The translations under genes were made by a program, and so were the position numbers. Below, in pieces: positions 1 through 12,484 of a stretch of DNA of 64,000 bases (its first letter is position 1; each line of letters starts with the position of its first letter). Source of the DNA: Nitrospirota bacterium (GTDB lineage Bacteria > Nitrospirota > UBA9217); NCBI GenBank assembly GCA_963751455.1, contig CAVVUN010000015.1, forward strand, positions 992,001-1,056,000, in the 5' to 3' direction. The notes beneath the pieces were generated by a model. It was not told the DNA's origin, searched no databases, and was given only the letters and a program-made list of their open reading frames with translations.

Positions 1-456
<456 letters not shown>

Positions 457-536
457 AAAAAATGACAGGTGCACAGCGGAGCAGCTCTCTGTCGCAGTGC
501 ATTCTCTGCGCACCTGTTATATAATTAAAAAATAGC

Positions 537-565
537 TTGACAATAGCGGTCTATATGGATATAAT
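537..565 (+). promoter_or_regulatory. sigma70 promoter of the str operon
   Basis: Perfect TTGACA(537-542)-17 bp-TATAAT(560-565) upstream of rpsL. Confidence 0.85.
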
Positions 566-629
566 CACCGGGTTTTGACTCAACGTTTCAAAAAATTTGC
601 TATGTCTGTGTTTTTAAGGAGTAATTGCC

Positions 630-1001
630 GTGCCGACCATTAGTCAACTAGTAAGAAAAGGCAGGACTTTGGCAGCTATCAAGACCAAAAGCCCCGCCCT
701 CAAGAGCTGCCCCCAGAAGCGTGGAGTCTGCATCAGAGTGTACACCACGACGCCGAAGAAGCCGAACTCTGCGCTCCGGAAAGTTGCCAGGGTGAGACTT
801 ACCAACGGTATGGAAGTGACCACGTATATACCGGGAGTCGGCCATAACCTGCAGGAACACTCCATTGTGCTCATCCGCGGAGGAAGGGTAAAGGATCTTC
901 CCGGTGTGCGGTACCATATTGTGCGCGGTACGCTCGATACCGTCGGGGTTGCGAATCGCAAGCAGGGTCGTTCGAAGTACGGCGCAAAAAGACCGAAGTA
1001 A
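630..1001 (+). CDS. rpsL: 30S ribosomal protein S12
   Basis: [20 protein letters not shown]; GTG start after AAGGAG. Confidence 0.99.
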   Translation: MPTISQLVRKGRTLAAIKTKSPALKSCPQKRGVCIRVYTTTPKKPNSALRKVARVRLTNGMEVTTYIPGVGHNLQEHSIVLIRGGRVKDLPGVRYHIVRGTLDTVGVANRKQGRSKYGAKRPK

Positions 1002-1084
1002 GGACTAATTCTAAACACGAACCCTCGAAATCCTAAACGTTTAGATATAAATTAGGAATTCGAAATTATCCGTAAGGATCGAAT

Positions 1085-1555
1085 ATGCCAAGAAAAAGCG
1101 TTGTAGTAAAAAGAGAAGCATTACCGGATCCGAAATACAACAGCAAGATGCTGGCAAAGTTTGTGAACGTGCTTATGCGCAAGGGCAAGAAGAGCACGGC
1201 CGAAGCCATCTGCTACAAGGCGCTTGACCGCATCCAGGAGAAGACCAAGGGCGATCCGATCGTCGTTTTCAAGAAGGCGGTGGAAAACCTGAAGCCAAGC
1301 CTTGAGGTGAAATCCCGGAGAGTGGGCGGCGCGTCTTACCAGGTGCCGATCGAAGTCAAGCAGCCCCGCAGGCTTTCGCTTGCATACCGCTGGCTCCGGA
1401 TGTACGCGTCCCTGCGGCCCGAGAAATCCATGGTTGATAAACTTGCCGGAGAAATTCTGGATGCATCGAATAATACCGGTGCAGCAGTAAAGAAAAGAGA
1501 AGACGTACATCGTATGGCAGAGGCCAATAAAGCCTTCGCCCACTATCGCTGGTAG
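1085..1555 (+). CDS. rpsG: 30S ribosomal protein S7
   Basis: [25 protein letters not shown]. Confidence 0.99.
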   Translation: MPRKSVVVKREALPDPKYNSKMLAKFVNVLMRKGKKSTAEAICYKALDRIQEKTKGDPIVVFKKAVENLKPSLEVKSRRVGGASYQVPIEVKQPRRLSLAYRWLRMYASLRPEKSMVDKLAGEILDASNNTGAAVKKREDVHRMAEANKAFAHYRW

Positions 1556-1580
1556 TCTTCATCAAGAAGCGGAGGAAGTT

Positions 1581-3672
1581 TTGGCTAGGCAGTATTCATT
1601 AGAAAACACACGCAACATCGGTATTATGGCTCATATCGACGCCGGTAAAACGACGACGACCGAGCGTATTCTTTACTATACCGGTGTTTCTTATAAAATC
1701 GGCGAAGTACATGACGGCACGGCTGTCATGGACTGGATGGTGCAGGAGCAGGAACGGGGTATTACGATCACGTCTGCCGCCACGACCTGCTTCTGGCGGG
1801 ATAAGCGTATCAACATCATTGATACTCCGGGCCATGTAGACTTTACGATTGAAGTTGAACGTTCGCTTCGCGTGCTTGACGGCGCAGTTGCTGCGTTCGA
1901 TTCCGTGAGTGGTGTTGAACCTCAGTCCGAGACGGTCTGGAGGCAGGCTGACAAGTATCAAGTTCCCCGTATCGCGTTCATGAATAAGATGGACCGCATT
2001 GGTGCGGACTTCTACATGAGCGTCCAGAGCATGCACGACCGGCTTGGCGCGAACGCGGTGCCGATCCAGCTTCCGATAGGCGCTGAAGATAAGTTCCGCG
2101 GCTGCATAGACCTTGTCAGGATGAAGGCGGTTTTGTTCGACGACGAAACGCTCGGCGCGAAATATGTCGTGGAGGACATTCCTGCCGACCTTCTGCCAAA
2201 AGCCCAGGAATACCGCGAGAAGATGATCGAGAAGATCGCCGACGCGGACGATACCGTTATGGAAAAGTTCCTGAACGGCGAGCAGCCGACAGAAGCTGAG
2301 ATCATGGCTGCTATCCGCAAGGGCACGATCGCGATGAGCATCTTCCCGGTTATCTGCGGTTCGGCATTCAAGAATAAGGGCGTACAGCTTCTCCTTGATG
2401 CGGTCGTGGACTACCTCCCTTCACCGCTCGACATTCCCGCGGTCACAGGCATTGGACCCAAGGGAGAAGAAGTGGTTCGCACTGCCTCCGACAGCGAGCC
2501 CTTTGCGGGCATAGCATTTAAAATCATGACCGATCCTTTTGTTGGTCAGCTTACATTTGTCCGGGTTTACTCCGGAACGCTGACATCGGGATCGTATGTA
2601 TATAACTCTATCAAAAGGGACCAGAGAGCGTGTAGGCAGATTGCTCAAAATGCACGCGAACAAGCGCGAAGAGATCGAGCAGATATATTCAGGCGATATT
2701 TGTGCTGCAGTCGGACTCAAGAGCACGCTCACGGGGCATACCCTCTGCGATGAAAACAAACCCGTGGTGCTGGAAGCGATGGTTTTCCCGGAACCAGTCA
2801 TCCATGTGGCTGTCGAGCCCAAGACCAAGGCAGACCAGGAAAAACTTGGTTTCTCGCTCCAGAAGCTCATGCAGGAAGACCCCTCATTCCGCGTGCATAC
2901 CGACACAGAGACCGGTCAGACAATCATCTCGGGTATGGGCGAATTGCATCTGGAAATTATTGTTGACCGCCTTTTACGCGAGTTCAAAGTTGACGCAAAC
3001 GTGGGTAAACCGCAGGTCGCGTACCGCGAAACGATCAAGAAAAAAGTTCACGCAGAGGGCAAGTATATCCGCCAGACCGGCGGTCGCGGCCAATACGGGC
3101 ACGCGGTGCTGGAACTTGAACCGCAGGAACCGGGCAAAGGATTTGAATTCGTAAATAAAACCGTCGGCGGTTCGGTGCCAAAGGAATATGTTGCCCCGAT
3201 TGAAAAGGGTATCGTTGAGGCCATGGAGAACGGTGTGATCGCCGGCTATCCGGTTGTTGACATTAAGGTCACCCTTGTTGACGGGTCCTATCATGATGTA
3301 GACTCATCAGAAATGGCATTTAAGATCGCCGGATCCATGGCTTTCAAAGAAGGTGCGAATAAAGCCAATCCGGTGCTTCTCGAGCCGATCATGGCGGTCG
3401 AGGTGGTCTGCGCCGAGGAGTATATGGGAGATATTATCGGCGATCTGAGTTCCCGCCGGGGACGCGTGCAGAGCATGAATATGAGGGGGGCGGGAAGGGT
3501 CATCGCGGCGCAGGTGCCGCTTTCGGAAATGTTCGGTTATGCGACTGATATCAGGTCCAAGACCCAGGGCAGGGCAACCTATACGATGCAATTTGCGCAT
3601 TATGAAGAGGTCCCCAAAACGATAGGAGAGCAGATCATCGCGAAGGTTAAGGGTGAGACTGTTAAGAAGTAA
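1581..3672 (+). CDS. fusA: Elongation factor G, split by one extra base in the A-run at 2613-2616
   Basis: ORF 1581-2753 has AHIDAGKTT and DTPGH; ORF 2596-3672 has domains III-V; deleting one A gives the continuous [15 protein letters not shown]. Confidence 0.95.
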
Positions 3673-3700
3673 GAAGTTTTTTTAATATCGAAATTTTTCA

Positions 3701-3726
3701 GAGGGCGTATGTCGATACGCCCCTAC
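3701..3726. repeat. REP-like hairpin (GGGCGTAT-gtcg-ATACGCCC-CTAC)
   Basis: Inverted repeat ending in CTAC (GTAG on the other strand); related copy inside nifE at 60147-60198. Confidence 0.6.
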
Positions 3727-3751
3727 CGACTTCCCGACAGGAGGGGATAGC

Positions 3752-4951
3752 ATGGCAAAGGCAAAATTTGAGAGGACAAAACCTCATGTGAACGTGGGCA
3801 CGATCGGCCACGTGGACCACGGCAAAACGACGTTGACGGCAGCCATTACGAAGGTGCTGTCGCTCAAGAACTTTGCGAGCTTCGTGGCCTACGACCAGAT
3901 CGACAAGGCTCCGGAAGAACGGGAGCGCGGCATCACGATCGCGACTGCGCATGTTGAATACCAGACCGACAACCGCCATTACGCGCACGTCGACTGCCCC
4001 GGCCATGCCGACTACGTCAAGAACATGATCACGGGCGCCGCCCAGATGGACGGAGCGATTCTCGTTGTGTCCGCCGCGGACGGCCCCATGCCCCAGACCC
4101 GCGAGCATATCCTTCTTGCGCGCCAGGTCGGTGTGCCCTATATCGTCGTGTACATGAACAAGGTGGACATGGTAGATGACCCTGAGCTGATCGAGCTGGT
4201 GGAGCTTGAGATCCGGGAGCTTCTGTCCAAGTACCAGTTCCCCGGGGACAAGACTCCGATCGTCAAGGGCAGCGCGTTAAAGGCCCTCCAGAGCGACAGC
4301 AAGGACATAAACGCCCCCGAGTTCAAGAGCATCATGGAGCTTATGGCCGCTGTGGACAGCTACATTCCGCAGCCCAAGCGCGACATCGACAAGCCCTATC
4401 TTATGCCGCTCGAAGACGTGTTTTCCATTGCGGGCCGCGGAACCGTGGTGACCGGCAGGATCGAGCGCGGTATCGTGAAGGTAGGCGATGAAATCGAGAT
4501 TGTCGGAATCAAGCCCACGCAGAAGACGGTGGTCACGGGCGTTGAGATGTTCCGGAAGCTTCTGGATGCGGGCGAAGCCGGAGACAACGTTGGAGTTCTT
4601 CTGCGCGGCATCAAGAAAGAAGATGTGGAGCGCGGCATGGTTTTGGCAAAGCCGGGAAGCATCACCCCTCATACCAAGTTCAAGGCCGAGGCCTACGTGC
4701 TTACGAAAGAAGAAGGCGGCCGGCACACTCCGTTCTTCAAAGGATACCGTCCCCAGTTCTATTTCCGTACGACGGACGTGACGGGCGTGGTAACGCTTGC
4801 TGAAGGCGTCGAGATGGTGATGCCGGGCGACAACATGACCTGCAGTGTGGAGTTGATCACCCCGATCGCCATGGACCAGGGGCTCCGGTTCGCCATCCGC
4901 GAGGGCGGCAGGACGGTGGGAGCAGGGGTTATTACGCAGGTTATTGAGTAA
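3752..4951 (+). CDS. tuf: Elongation factor Tu
   Basis: [34 protein letters not shown]. Confidence 0.99.
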   Translation: MAKAKFERTKPHVNVGTIGHVDHGKTTLTAAITKVLSLKNFASFVAYDQIDKAPEERERGITIATAHVEYQTDNRHYAHVDCPGHADYVKNMITGAAQMDGAILVVSAADGPMPQTREHILLARQVGVPYIVVYMNKVDMVDDPELIELVELEIRELLSKYQFPGDKTPIVKGSALKALQSDSKDINAPEFKSIMELMAAVDSYIPQPKRDIDKPYLMPLEDVFSIAGRGTVVTGRIERGIVKVGDEIEIVGIKPTQKTVVTGVEMFRKLLDAGEAGDNVGVLLRGIKKEDVERGMVLAKPGSITPHTKFKAEAYVLTKEEGGRHTPFFKGYRPQFYFRTTDVTGVVTLAEGVEMVMPGDNMTCSVELITPIAMDQGLRFAIREGGRTVGAGVITQVIE

Positions 4952-4959
4952 GAACTAAA

Positions 4960-5050
4960 GACGAGGGATGAGGGACGAAGGACGGAGGACGAAAAGGCAT
5001 TGAAGTATGCGTCCATCGTCCGAGCGAACGCAATGAGCGGTCGTCCATCA
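4960..5050. repeat. Short-period purine-rich repeat tract with complementary arm
   Basis: gacgagggatgagggacgaaggacggaggacga followed by cgtccatcgtcc...tcgtccatc. Confidence 0.5.
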
Positions 5051-5072
5051 TGTTTTTTAAGGAAGGTACAAC

Positions 5073-5378
5073 GTGACACAGAAGATACGGATACGATTAA
5101 AGGGATACGATCATAGGCTGCTCGATCAGTCTGCGGTAGAGATCATGGATACGGCAAAAAGAACCGGAGCGAAAGTATCCGGTCCCATTCCCTTGCCGAC
5201 CCGGATCAACAGGTGGACAGTGCTTCGTTCCCCGCATGTCGATAAAAAATCACGGGAACAGTTTGAAATCCGGACACATAAGAGGCTGATGGATATCCTG
5301 GATCCTACACCGCAAACGGTTGATGCTCTCATGAAGCTCGATCTCGCCGCGGGCGTCGATGTGGAGATCAAGCTGTAA
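5073..5378 (+). CDS. rpsJ: 30S ribosomal protein S10
   Basis: [20 protein letters not shown]. Confidence 0.99.
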   Translation: MTQKIRIRLKGYDHRLLDQSAVEIMDTAKRTGAKVSGPIPLPTRINRWTVLRSPHVDKKSREQFEIRTHKRLMDILDPTPQTVDALMKLDLAAGVDVEIKL

Positions 5379-5424
5379 TCTTTCTGAAACGAGCCCGCGC
5401 AGGTGGTGGGTGAGGGGACTTGAA

Positions 5425-6039
5425 ATGAGTAAGGGTATTATCGGAAAAAAGATAGGCATGAGCCAGCACTTCACCGGTGGTGAACTTATCCCGGTTACAG
5501 TCGTTCAGGCAGGACCGTGCACGGTCGTCCAGAAGAAGACAACGGAAAAAGACGGGTACGAGGCGATCCAGCTTGCATTTGAGGAAGAAAAGAAAAAGGA
5601 TCGAGTGACCAAGCCCATAGCTGGCCATTTTAAAAAGGCCAGCATCCAGCCGCATCGTTTTCTTCGCGAGTTTCGAACCGGTGAATTCGAGCAGGGACAG
5701 GTCGTAACTGTGGATATCTTTAAAAAAGGCGAGCGCATCGCGGTGAGCGGCGTGAGCAAGGGCAAAGGGTTTGCCGGTGTTATGAAGCGCCACAATTTCG
5801 CGGGCGGCCCCGGCGGACACGGATCAATGTTCAACCGCCGGCCGGGTTCTATCGGAGCCAGCGCTTACCCGTCACGGGTGTGGCCAGGCAAGAAACTTCC
5901 GGGACACATGGGCTGCGCCAATGTGACGATAAAAAATTTAGAAATCGTCGAAGTTCGTCCTGATCAGAATCTGTTGTTTATACGTGGAGCAGTGCCGGGC
6001 GGTGCTAACGGCCTGCTTGTAATTTATAAGGCTGAATGA
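5425..6039 (+). CDS. rplC: 50S ribosomal protein L3
   Basis: [20 protein letters not shown]; start taken at ATG 5425. Confidence 0.98.
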   Translation: MSKGIIGKKIGMSQHFTGGELIPVTVVQAGPCTVVQKKTTEKDGYEAIQLAFEEEKKKDRVTKPIAGHFKKASIQPHRFLREFRTGEFEQGQVVTVDIFKKGERIAVSGVSKGKGFAGVMKRHNFAGGPGGHGSMFNRRPGSIGASAYPSRVWPGKKLPGHMGCANVTIKNLEIVEVRPDQNLLFIRGAVPGGANGLLVIYKAE

Positions 6040-6060
6040 GAAGGATAGAGGATTATTGTC

Positions 6061-6684
6061 ATGCCGTCAGTCGTAATGGTTGATCAAAACAATAAAAAAG
6101 TTAAAGATGTAGAGCTTTCAGGGTTTCTTTCTTCCGAAGTTCGGCCGCACCTTCTTCATGCCGCCGTGGTAAACCAGCTCGCAAACAGACGGGCAGGAAC
6201 GGCCGCTACCAAGAATAAGGCGATGGTGCGCGGAGGCGGTAAAAAACCTTTTAAACAGAAGGGCACCGGCAGGGCCCGTGCAGGCAGCAGCCGTTCGCCG
6301 CTTTGGCGACATGGCGGCACGGTATTCGGTCCGATGCCGCGCGACTATTCCTACTCGCTTCCGAAGAAGGCGAAGCGCGCAGCGCTTGTTGACGCTCTTG
6401 CGTCGAAAGTTGTTGAAAACAAACTCGTGCTGATAGACAACCTCAATTTTTCGGAGCCAAAGACCAAGCTGGTGTCCGCAATGCTGGGAACCCTCGGGAT
6501 TCAGGAAACAGCGCTTGTGCTTATTAACGCCGAGAATAAAAACTTGAGCTTGGCTGCGCGGAACATACCGACGGTAAAAGTGCTCAGAATGCAGAACATC
6601 AACGTATATGACGTTCTCAAATACCGGTACCTTATCACGACGCAGGATGCCCTGAACGCCATGCAGGAGGTTTACGGTAAATGA
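6061..6684 (+). CDS. rplD: 50S ribosomal protein L4
   Basis: KPFKQKGTGRARAGS. Confidence 0.98.
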   Translation: MPSVVMVDQNNKKVKDVELSGFLSSEVRPHLLHAAVVNQLANRRAGTAATKNKAMVRGGGKKPFKQKGTGRARAGSSRSPLWRHGGTVFGPMPRDYSYSLPKKAKRAALVDALASKVVENKLVLIDNLNFSEPKTKLVSAMLGTLGIQETALVLINAENKNLSLAARNIPTVKVLRMQNINVYDVLKYRYLITTQDALNAMQEVYGK

Positions 6685-6974
6685 AGATCGACATGTATGA
6701 CATAATTCGGGTGCCCCGCATAACTGAAAAAGGCGCGCGACTGAAGGAAAAGAACAACGTCCTCACGTTCGAAGTAAGGACTGACGCCAATAAAGTGCAG
6801 GTTCGGAAAGCGGTCGAGGGCATCTTCAAGGTGAAGGTGGCCGACGTTACTACCGTTAAGACGCTGGGCAAAAAAAAGCGCATGGGCCAGCGCGTCGGCT
6901 ACCGGTCGGACTGGAAGAAAGCGTTCGTGACGCTCAAACCGGGCGAAAAGATTGATATATTTGAGGGTGCTTAA
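6681..6974 (+). CDS. rplW: 50S ribosomal protein L23
   Basis: ITEK, WKKAFVTL; position in the S10 operon. Confidence 0.97.
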   Translation: MKIDMYDIIRVPRITEKGARLKEKNNVLTFEVRTDANKVQVRKAVEGIFKVKVADVTTVKTLGKKKRMGQRVGYRSDWKKAFVTLKPGEKIDIFEGA

Positions 6975-7802
6975 ATGCCGGTAAAGACCTATAATCCAAC
7001 ATCTCCGGGAAGACGTTTTCAGACAACATCCACGTTCGAAGAAGTAACGCGGAGCAAGCCGGAAAAATCTCTGGTAGTGAAACTGAGCGAGAGCGGCGGA
7101 AGAAACAATCGCGGAAAGATAACTGTCCGCTATCGCGCGGGGTGGCATAAGAAAAAATACCGGATCGTCGATTTCAAGCGCGACAAGACCGGAATACCGG
7201 CCAAAGTCGCTCATATCGAATATGATCCCAACCGGTCCGCGAGGATCGCGCTCCTTCATTATGCCGACGGTGAAAAACGCTACATAATCGCGCCCCTCGG
7301 ACTGAATGTCGGCGATGCGGTAGTATCCGGTCCGAACGCCGATATCAAGCCCGGGAATGCGCTTCCGATCACCGCAATACCGGTCGGTACGGTTCTTCAT
7401 AACGTGGAGTTGAAAAAAGGGGCAGGCGGACAGCTTGCCAGGAGCGCCGGATCTTCAGCGCAGCTTCTTGCCCGCGAGGGAGAATATGCGACGCTCCGCC
7501 TCAACTCCGGTGAAGTGCGAATGGTCAGATCCGACTGCATGGGTACCATAGGCCAGGTCGGGAACCTCGACCATGAAAACATCAGCATCGGCAAGGCGGG
7601 AAGATCCCGCTGGATGGGAATGAGACCGAGGGTCCGCGGAGTGGTGATGAACCCGGTTGATCATCCACTGGGCGGCGGCGAAGGAAAGTCTTCGGGCGGC
7701 AGGCCGGGGTGTTCGCCATGGGGTCTCCCCGACGGGAAAAAAACAAGACACAACAAGATTACAACAAAGTACATTATTTCGAGAAGAACGAAGAGCAGGT
7801 AA
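6975..7802 (+). CDS. rplB: 50S ribosomal protein L2
   Basis: [25 protein letters not shown]. Confidence 0.99.
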   Translation: MPVKTYNPTSPGRRFQTTSTFEEVTRSKPEKSLVVKLSESGGRNNRGKITVRYRAGWHKKKYRIVDFKRDKTGIPAKVAHIEYDPNRSARIALLHYADGEKRYIIAPLGLNVGDAVVSGPNADIKPGNALPITAIPVGTVLHNVELKKGAGGQLARSAGSSAQLLAREGEYATLRLNSGEVRMVRSDCMGTIGQVGNLDHENISIGKAGRSRWMGMRPRVRGVVMNPVDHPLGGGEGKSSGGRPGCSPWGLPDGKKTRHNKITTKYIISRRTKSR

Positions 7803-7806
7803 TGTA

Positions 7807-7875
7807 ATTGCGGATTTCACCCTGCACTCGCGCTGCCGCACTCGAAAGCGCTGGGTGCAGGCGAAAATCCGAAAT
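7807..7875. repeat. 44-bp element A (CACCCTGCAC...GGGTGCAGG, 7818-7861) within a heptamer-type tract
   Basis: Related copies at 55559-55601, 61970-62011 and, reversed, 61759-61843. Confidence 0.8.
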
Positions 7876-7892
7876 AAGAAGCGGAGGACACG

Positions 7893-8183
7893 GTGCCGAG
7901 ATCAGTTAAAAAAGGCCCTTTTATCGAAGAAAGCCTCTTGAAAAAAGTGGAGGCGATGAATACGGCCGGCGAAAAAAAGATTACGAAAACATGGTCGCGA
8001 CGGTCCATGATCAGTCCTGATTTTGTCGGCCACACGCTTGCAGTCCATAACGGCAAGAAATTCATTCCGGTTTACGTGACGGAAAACATGGTTGGACATA
8101 AACTCGGAGAGTTTTCTCCGACCAGGACTTTCAGGGCGCATGGCGGATCAAAAGCCGCTGAAAAGACGACGGCGCCCAAGTAA
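7893..8183 (+). CDS. rpsS: 30S ribosomal protein S19
   Basis: [21 protein letters not shown]. Confidence 0.99.
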   Translation: MPRSVKKGPFIEESLLKKVEAMNTAGEKKITKTWSRRSMISPDFVGHTLAVHNGKKFIPVYVTENMVGHKLGEFSPTRTFRAHGGSKAAEKTTAPK

Positions 8184-8225
8184 TCTGTCTGCACACCGGC
8201 CCCGATTTTAGAGTGAGGACGACAA

Positions 8226-8555
8226 ATGGAAGCAAGCGCAACTGCAAGACACATACGAATCACGCCGCGCAAGGCGCGACAGGTAGTGGATCTGATCCGC
8301 GGCAAGCGGGTGGGAGACGCGATTAATATTCTTACCTTCACTCCGCTCCATGCCGCACGGATTGTGAAGAAGGTTCTGGATTCTGCGGTAGCAAACGCAG
8401 AGCAGAAAAAGGTGGGTGACCTCGACTCGTTGACGATTGCGCAGGCATACGTGAACCAGGGTGTTACGATGAAGCGCATGAGAGCACGGGCGATGGGTCG
8501 CGGCAATACTATCAGAAAGAGAACCAGCCATATTACGGTGGTGCTTTCCGCGTAG
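8226..8555 (+). CDS. rplV: 50S ribosomal protein L22
   Basis: RARAMGR...[10 protein letters not shown]. Confidence 0.99.
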   Translation: MEASATARHIRITPRKARQVVDLIRGKRVGDAINILTFTPLHAARIVKKVLDSAVANAEQKKVGDLDSLTIAQAYVNQGVTMKRMRARAMGRGNTIRKRTSHITVVLSA

Positions 8556-8575
8556 AACTGACGGACGGAGGAATA

Positions 8576-9220
8576 ATGGGACAGAAGGTTCATCCTATCG
8601 GGCTTCGGCTCGGAATCATAAAAACATGGGATTCTCGCTGGTTCTCACAGAAGAATTACGCGACGCTACTCCACGAGGATATCAAGATACGGTCGATAGT
8701 GAAAGAGCGCCTGATGCACGCAGGCGTATCGAAGGTGGAGATCGAGCGGGCCGGGCAGAAGGCCAAGATCAATATTCATACCGCCAGACCGGGAATTATC
8801 ATCGGGAAAAAGGGCGCCGAAGTAGATAAGCTCAAGAAAGACCTCGAAGCCATGACCGGCAAGCAGATGTATATCAATATTCAGGAAATCAGAAGGCCGG
8901 AACTGGATGCTCAGCTTGTCGCCGAAAATATCGCTCTTCAGCTGGAGCGCAGAATTGCTTTCCGCAGAGCCATGAAAAAAGCAGTTACCTCGGCCCTTCG
9001 GCTGGGCGCGCTCGGCATCAAAATAACCTGCGCAGGGAGACTGGCAGGGGCGGAAATTGCAAGGACTGAGTGGTATCGCGAGGGAAGAGTGCCGCTTCAT
9101 ACGCTCCGCGCAGACATTCAGTACGGCTTCTTTGAAGCTAAAACCACAATGGGACAAATCGGCGTAAAGGTGCTGATCTACCGCGGTGATGTGCTTCAGC
9201 CGCCTACCGCAGCAGCGTAA
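8576..9220 (+). CDS. rpsC: 30S ribosomal protein S3
   Basis: [25 protein letters not shown]. Confidence 0.99.
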   Translation: MGQKVHPIGLRLGIIKTWDSRWFSQKNYATLLHEDIKIRSIVKERLMHAGVSKVEIERAGQKAKINIHTARPGIIIGKKGAEVDKLKKDLEAMTGKQMYINIQEIRRPELDAQLVAENIALQLERRIAFRRAMKKAVTSALRLGALGIKITCAGRLAGAEIARTEWYREGRVPLHTLRADIQYGFFEAKTTMGQIGVKVLIYRGDVLQPPTAAA

Positions 9221-9255
9221 TTTATTCGTACATCCCGGAATAAAGGACTGGTATC

Positions 9256-9672
9256 ATGCTAGCACCAAAAAGAGTAAAACACAGGAAGATGCATAAAGGA
9301 AGACGGACCGGCACGGCATATCGGGGAGCTGAAGTCAGTTACGGGGAGTATGGCCTCAAGGTCATGGAGCCCGGCTGGATCACCAGCAGGCAGATTGAGG
9401 CCGCCCGTATCGCGATGACACGCTATGTCAAGCGCGGAGGAAAGATCTGGATACGCGTTTTCCCGGACAAGCCGATCACAAAGAAGCCCGCGGAAACGCG
9501 TATGGGCAAAGGCAAGGGAGCGCCCGAATACTGGGTAGCTGTTGTCAAGCCGGGACGGGTCCTGTATGAAATGGGCGGCGTAGATGAGTCAGTGGCAAAA
9601 GAGGCCTTTCGCCTGGCAGCTTATAAACTGCCGGTTGCCACGAAATTCGTTTCCCGGGAGGCGGAGCTATGA
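9256..9672 (+). CDS. rplP: 50S ribosomal protein L16
   Basis: [12 protein letters not shown]. Confidence 0.99.
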   Translation: MLAPKRVKHRKMHKGRRTGTAYRGAEVSYGEYGLKVMEPGWITSRQIEAARIAMTRYVKRGGKIWIRVFPDKPITKKPAETRMGKGKGAPEYWVAVVKPGRVLYEMGGVDESVAKEAFRLAAYKLPVATKFVSREAEL

Positions 9673-9872
9673 AGACGACCACTGCCAGGGATTTGCGTGA
9701 TTTGTCCAGTGAAGAACTGGTTGCCAAGGCGACAGATCTGAAAAAGGAATTGTTCAATCTGCGGGTGCAGCAGGCGATGGGACAGATAGAGAACCCGATG
9801 CGCTTGAGGCTGCTCCGTAAGGATATAGCCAAAACAAAAACCGTGTTAAAGGAAAAGTATGGCCGAGTCTAA
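9669..9872 (+). CDS. rpmC: 50S ribosomal protein L29
   Basis: ELFNLR...NP..LR...KDIA; operon position. Confidence 0.97.
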   Translation: MKTTTARDLRDLSSEELVAKATDLKKELFNLRVQQAMGQIENPMRLRLLRKDIAKTKTVLKEKYGRV

Positions 9873-10128
9873 CGAATCTAAAAAGCGTAAAACGTATACA
9901 GGGCAGGTGGTCAGCGACAAAATGGACAAGACCGTGGTGCTTGCGGTCACGAGGCGTATCTCTCATGCAAAGTATACCAAGACCATAAATCGCACCACCA
10001 AGTTCAAGGTCCATGATGAAAAAAATGAGTGTAAGGTTGGCGATGTTGTACGGTTTATAGAAACGCGCCCGCTTTCCAAGGAAAAACGTTGGACGGTTCT
10101 CGATATCGTCGAGAAAGCCAAGCAATAA
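9859..10128 (+). CDS. rpsQ: 30S ribosomal protein S17
   Basis: [18 protein letters not shown]. Confidence 0.98.
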   Translation: MAESNESKKRKTYTGQVVSDKMDKTVVLAVTRRISHAKYTKTINRTTKFKVHDEKNECKVGDVVRFIETRPLSKEKRWTVLDIVEKAKQ

Positions 10129-10172
10129 CCACGATCATGTATAATTCGAAAACTCTTTCTTGAGGATGAGAT

Positions 10173-10541
10173 ATGATTCAGCAGCAGACGGTATTAGATG
10201 TCGCCGATAACTCCGGCGCGAAAAAAGTAATGTGCATCAAAGTGCTTGGCGGGACTCGAAAGCGGTATGCGAGCCTGGGCGATGTTATCGTCGTGGCGAT
10301 CAAGATGGCCATACCTGAAGGTCAGGTCAAAAAAGGCACCGTTGCGAAGGCTGTCGTGGTCCGGACAACCAAAGAGGTGCGCCGCCAGGACGGATCATAC
10401 ATAAAATTCGACCGCAATGCTGCTGTATTGATAAACAATGCGAACGAACCGATCGGAACACGTATTTTCGGACCTGTGGCGCGTGAGCTTCGCAAAAAGA
10501 ACTTCATGAAAATAATTTCGCTTGCGCCTGAAGTGCTGTAA
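10173..10541 (+). CDS. rplN: 50S ribosomal protein L14
   Basis: [27 protein letters not shown]. Confidence 0.99.
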   Translation: MIQQQTVLDVADNSGAKKVMCIKVLGGTRKRYASLGDVIVVAIKMAIPEGQVKKGTVAKAVVVRTTKEVRRQDGSYIKFDRNAAVLINNANEPIGTRIFGPVARELRKKNFMKIISLAPEVL

Positions 10542-10545
10542 ACGT

Positions 10546-10723
10546 GGGAATCAGGTAAAACGTTATTTTACCATCTCCTGAGAAACAGGAGAAGGGAATC
10601 AAGGAAAAGCATAGACTCATTATCGTACCATCTCCTTGAAGCGTCAGGAGACGGGAATCAAGGAAAAGCATAGACTCATTATCGTACCATCTCCTTGAAG
10701 CGTCAGGAGACGGGAATCAAGGA
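10546..10723. repeat. 59-bp tandem repeat (2 identical units, a partial third unit and a degenerate 48-bp first unit)
   Basis: Unit GGGAATCAAGGAAAAGCATAGACTCATTATCGTACCATCTCCTTGAAGCGTCAGGAGAC starts at 10594 and 10653, partial at 10712. Confidence 0.9.
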
Positions 10724-10735
10724 CAGGATCAGAAA

Positions 10736-11047
10736 ATGCAGATAAGAAAAAACGACAATGTGATGGTGGTCTCCGGCAAGGAGAAGGGTAAAAAGGGCAG
10801 AGTGATTGCAGTCTACCCGGGCACCAACAGGGTCCTCATAGAGAAGCTGAACTTGATCAAAAGGCACACGAGGCCGAACCAGCAGCTCCGGCAGGGCGGC
10901 ATCGTGGAGAAGGAAAGTCCGATTTCGATATCGAATGTCGCGCTGATTTGCGCTAAATGCGATAAACCGACGACGGTGTCCCGGCAGGCTCAGGGCGAGG
11001 GACCGAGGGTCAGGGTCTGCAGGCAGTGCGACGCAGCCATCGATTAA
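10736..11047 (+). CDS. rplX: 50S ribosomal protein L24
   Basis: KOW motif DNVMVVSGKEKGKKG, GGIVEKESPI. Confidence 0.98.
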   Translation: MQIRKNDNVMVVSGKEKGKKGRVIAVYPGTNRVLIEKLNLIKRHTRPNQQLRQGGIVEKESPISISNVALICAKCDKPTTVSRQAQGEGPRVRVCRQCDAAID

Positions 11048-11091
11048 CGGACAACTGTCGGACAAGAATGCGGAAATTAGGATAGGGAACT

Positions 11092-11811
11092 ATGGCGGAT
11101 AAAAAAGATAAGAGCAAGGACGTCAAAAGCAGCGATCAGAAGAAAGGTTCTTCTGCCGCACCCAAGGCCGTTGCCAAGCCGAAGGCGGGCGCAAAGGCAG
11201 TGAAAAAAGAGGGAAAGCCCGAAGGTGGTGTTCAGGAGCCGGGTCAAAAGACCGCACCGGTTCGGATACCGACACCTCGTCTGAGGCAGAAGTATCACGA
11301 CGTTGCAGTGCCGGCGATGATGAAGGAATTCAGTTACAAGAATCCCATGCAGGCGCCCAGACTCGTAAAGGTCGTGCTCAACATGGGTATGGGTGAAGCG
11401 ATTACCAATGCAAAAGCACTGGATTCCGCAGCCGCTGAACTCGGGAAAATAACGGGACAGAGGCCGGTCATTACCAAGGCAAAGAAATCGATAGCAACTT
11501 TCAAGCTGAGAACAGGAATGCCGATCGGCTGCATGGTGACACTCAGGCGTGAACGGATGTATGAATTTCTGGATCGTTTCATCAGCGCAGCGCTTCCGCG
11601 CATACGAGATTTTAAGGGTTTATCCTCCAAGTCTTTCGACGGAAGAGGAAATTACACGGTCGGCATCAAGGAGCAGGTGATCTTCCCGGAGATCGAGATC
11701 GACAAGGTGGATTCGATCCACGGGATGGACATCGTGATTGTTACCACTGCGAAAACGGATGAAGAAGGAAGGGCACTGCTCGGTCATCTGGGTATGCCGT
11801 ACCGGAAGTAA
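11092..11811 (+). CDS. rplE: 50S ribosomal protein L5 with a ~60-aa N-terminal extension
   Basis: Core [20 protein letters not shown]; Lys/Ala-rich leader before PRLRQKY. Confidence 0.97.
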   Translation: MADKKDKSKDVKSSDQKKGSSAAPKAVAKPKAGAKAVKKEGKPEGGVQEPGQKTAPVRIPTPRLRQKYHDVAVPAMMKEFSYKNPMQAPRLVKVVLNMGMGEAITNAKALDSAAAELGKITGQRPVITKAKKSIATFKLRTGMPIGCMVTLRRERMYEFLDRFISAALPRIRDFKGLSSKSFDGRGNYTVGIKEQVIFPEIEIDKVDSIHGMDIVIVTTAKTDEEGRALLGHLGMPYRK

Positions 11812-11842
11812 GCCGCCGTCAGGCGGACGCGATGGAGGAATA

Positions 11843-12028
11843 ATGGCAAAGAAGTCTTTAATAGCAAAGGCAACGAGAGCGCCGAAGTTCAAGGTGCGTG
11901 CATACCACCGCTGTCCGCTGTGCGGACGGTCGAGGGGGTATCTCAGAAAATTCGATATGTGCAGAATCTGTTTCAGGAACCGGGCGCTCAAGGGAGAGAT
12001 TCCCGGCGTTATAAAGGCAAGCTGGTAG
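11843..12028 (+). CDS. rpsN: 30S ribosomal protein S14, zinc-binding type
   Basis: MAKKS...RCPLCGR...MCRIC...KASW after a GGAGG RBS. Confidence 0.98.
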   Translation: MAKKSLIAKATRAPKFKVRAYHRCPLCGRSRGYLRKFDMCRICFRNRALKGEIPGVIKASW

Positions 12029-12046
12029 GTAAAAGGGGCTGAACCA

Positions 12047-12442
12047 ATGATGACCGATCCGATCGCGGACATGCTAACGCGCATCCGCAATGCCAGTAAG
12101 GCAAAACATGAAAAAGTAGATATTCCTTCCTCAAAGCTGAAGGTTGAGATTGCGAAGATCCTGAAGGATGAGGGGTTTGTCAAGAACGTCAAGCTGGTAA
12201 AAGACCGGAGACAAGGCTTGATCCGCGTATATCTTAAATATACAGACGAAGAGGTGCCGATTATCCAGGGTCTGAAGCGGATAAGCAGGCCGGGTTGTCG
12301 CGTCTATGCCGGTAACGACGCCATCCCGAAAGTCCTGGCAGGATTGGGAACCGCCATTCTGTCAACACCCAGGGGAATCCAGACGGGTAAACAGGCGAAG
12401 AAGGACAATGTGGGCGGAGAAGTGCTCTGCCATGTCTGGTAG
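12047..12442 (+). CDS. rpsH: 30S ribosomal protein S8
   Basis: [20 protein letters not shown]. Confidence 0.99.
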   Translation: MMTDPIADMLTRIRNASKAKHEKVDIPSSKLKVEIAKILKDEGFVKNVKLVKDRRQGLIRVYLKYTDEEVPIIQGLKRISRPGCRVYAGNDAIPKVLAGLGTAILSTPRGIQTGKQAKKDNVGGEVLCHVW

Positions 12443-12484
12443 CTTATTACGGTCGTAGAATTCAGGAGTTGTGTAGGAGCTGTT

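Noticed and set aside
2605-2625. Programmed ribosomal frameshift in fusA at AAAAGGG
   Set aside because: Restoring EF-G needs a +1 shift (one extra A in a homopolymer), not the -1 shift typical of slippery heptamers; similar indels elsewhere point to sequencing error
10546-10723. CRISPR array
   Set aside because: The would-be spacers are identical, there are only 2-3 units, and no cas genes are in the window
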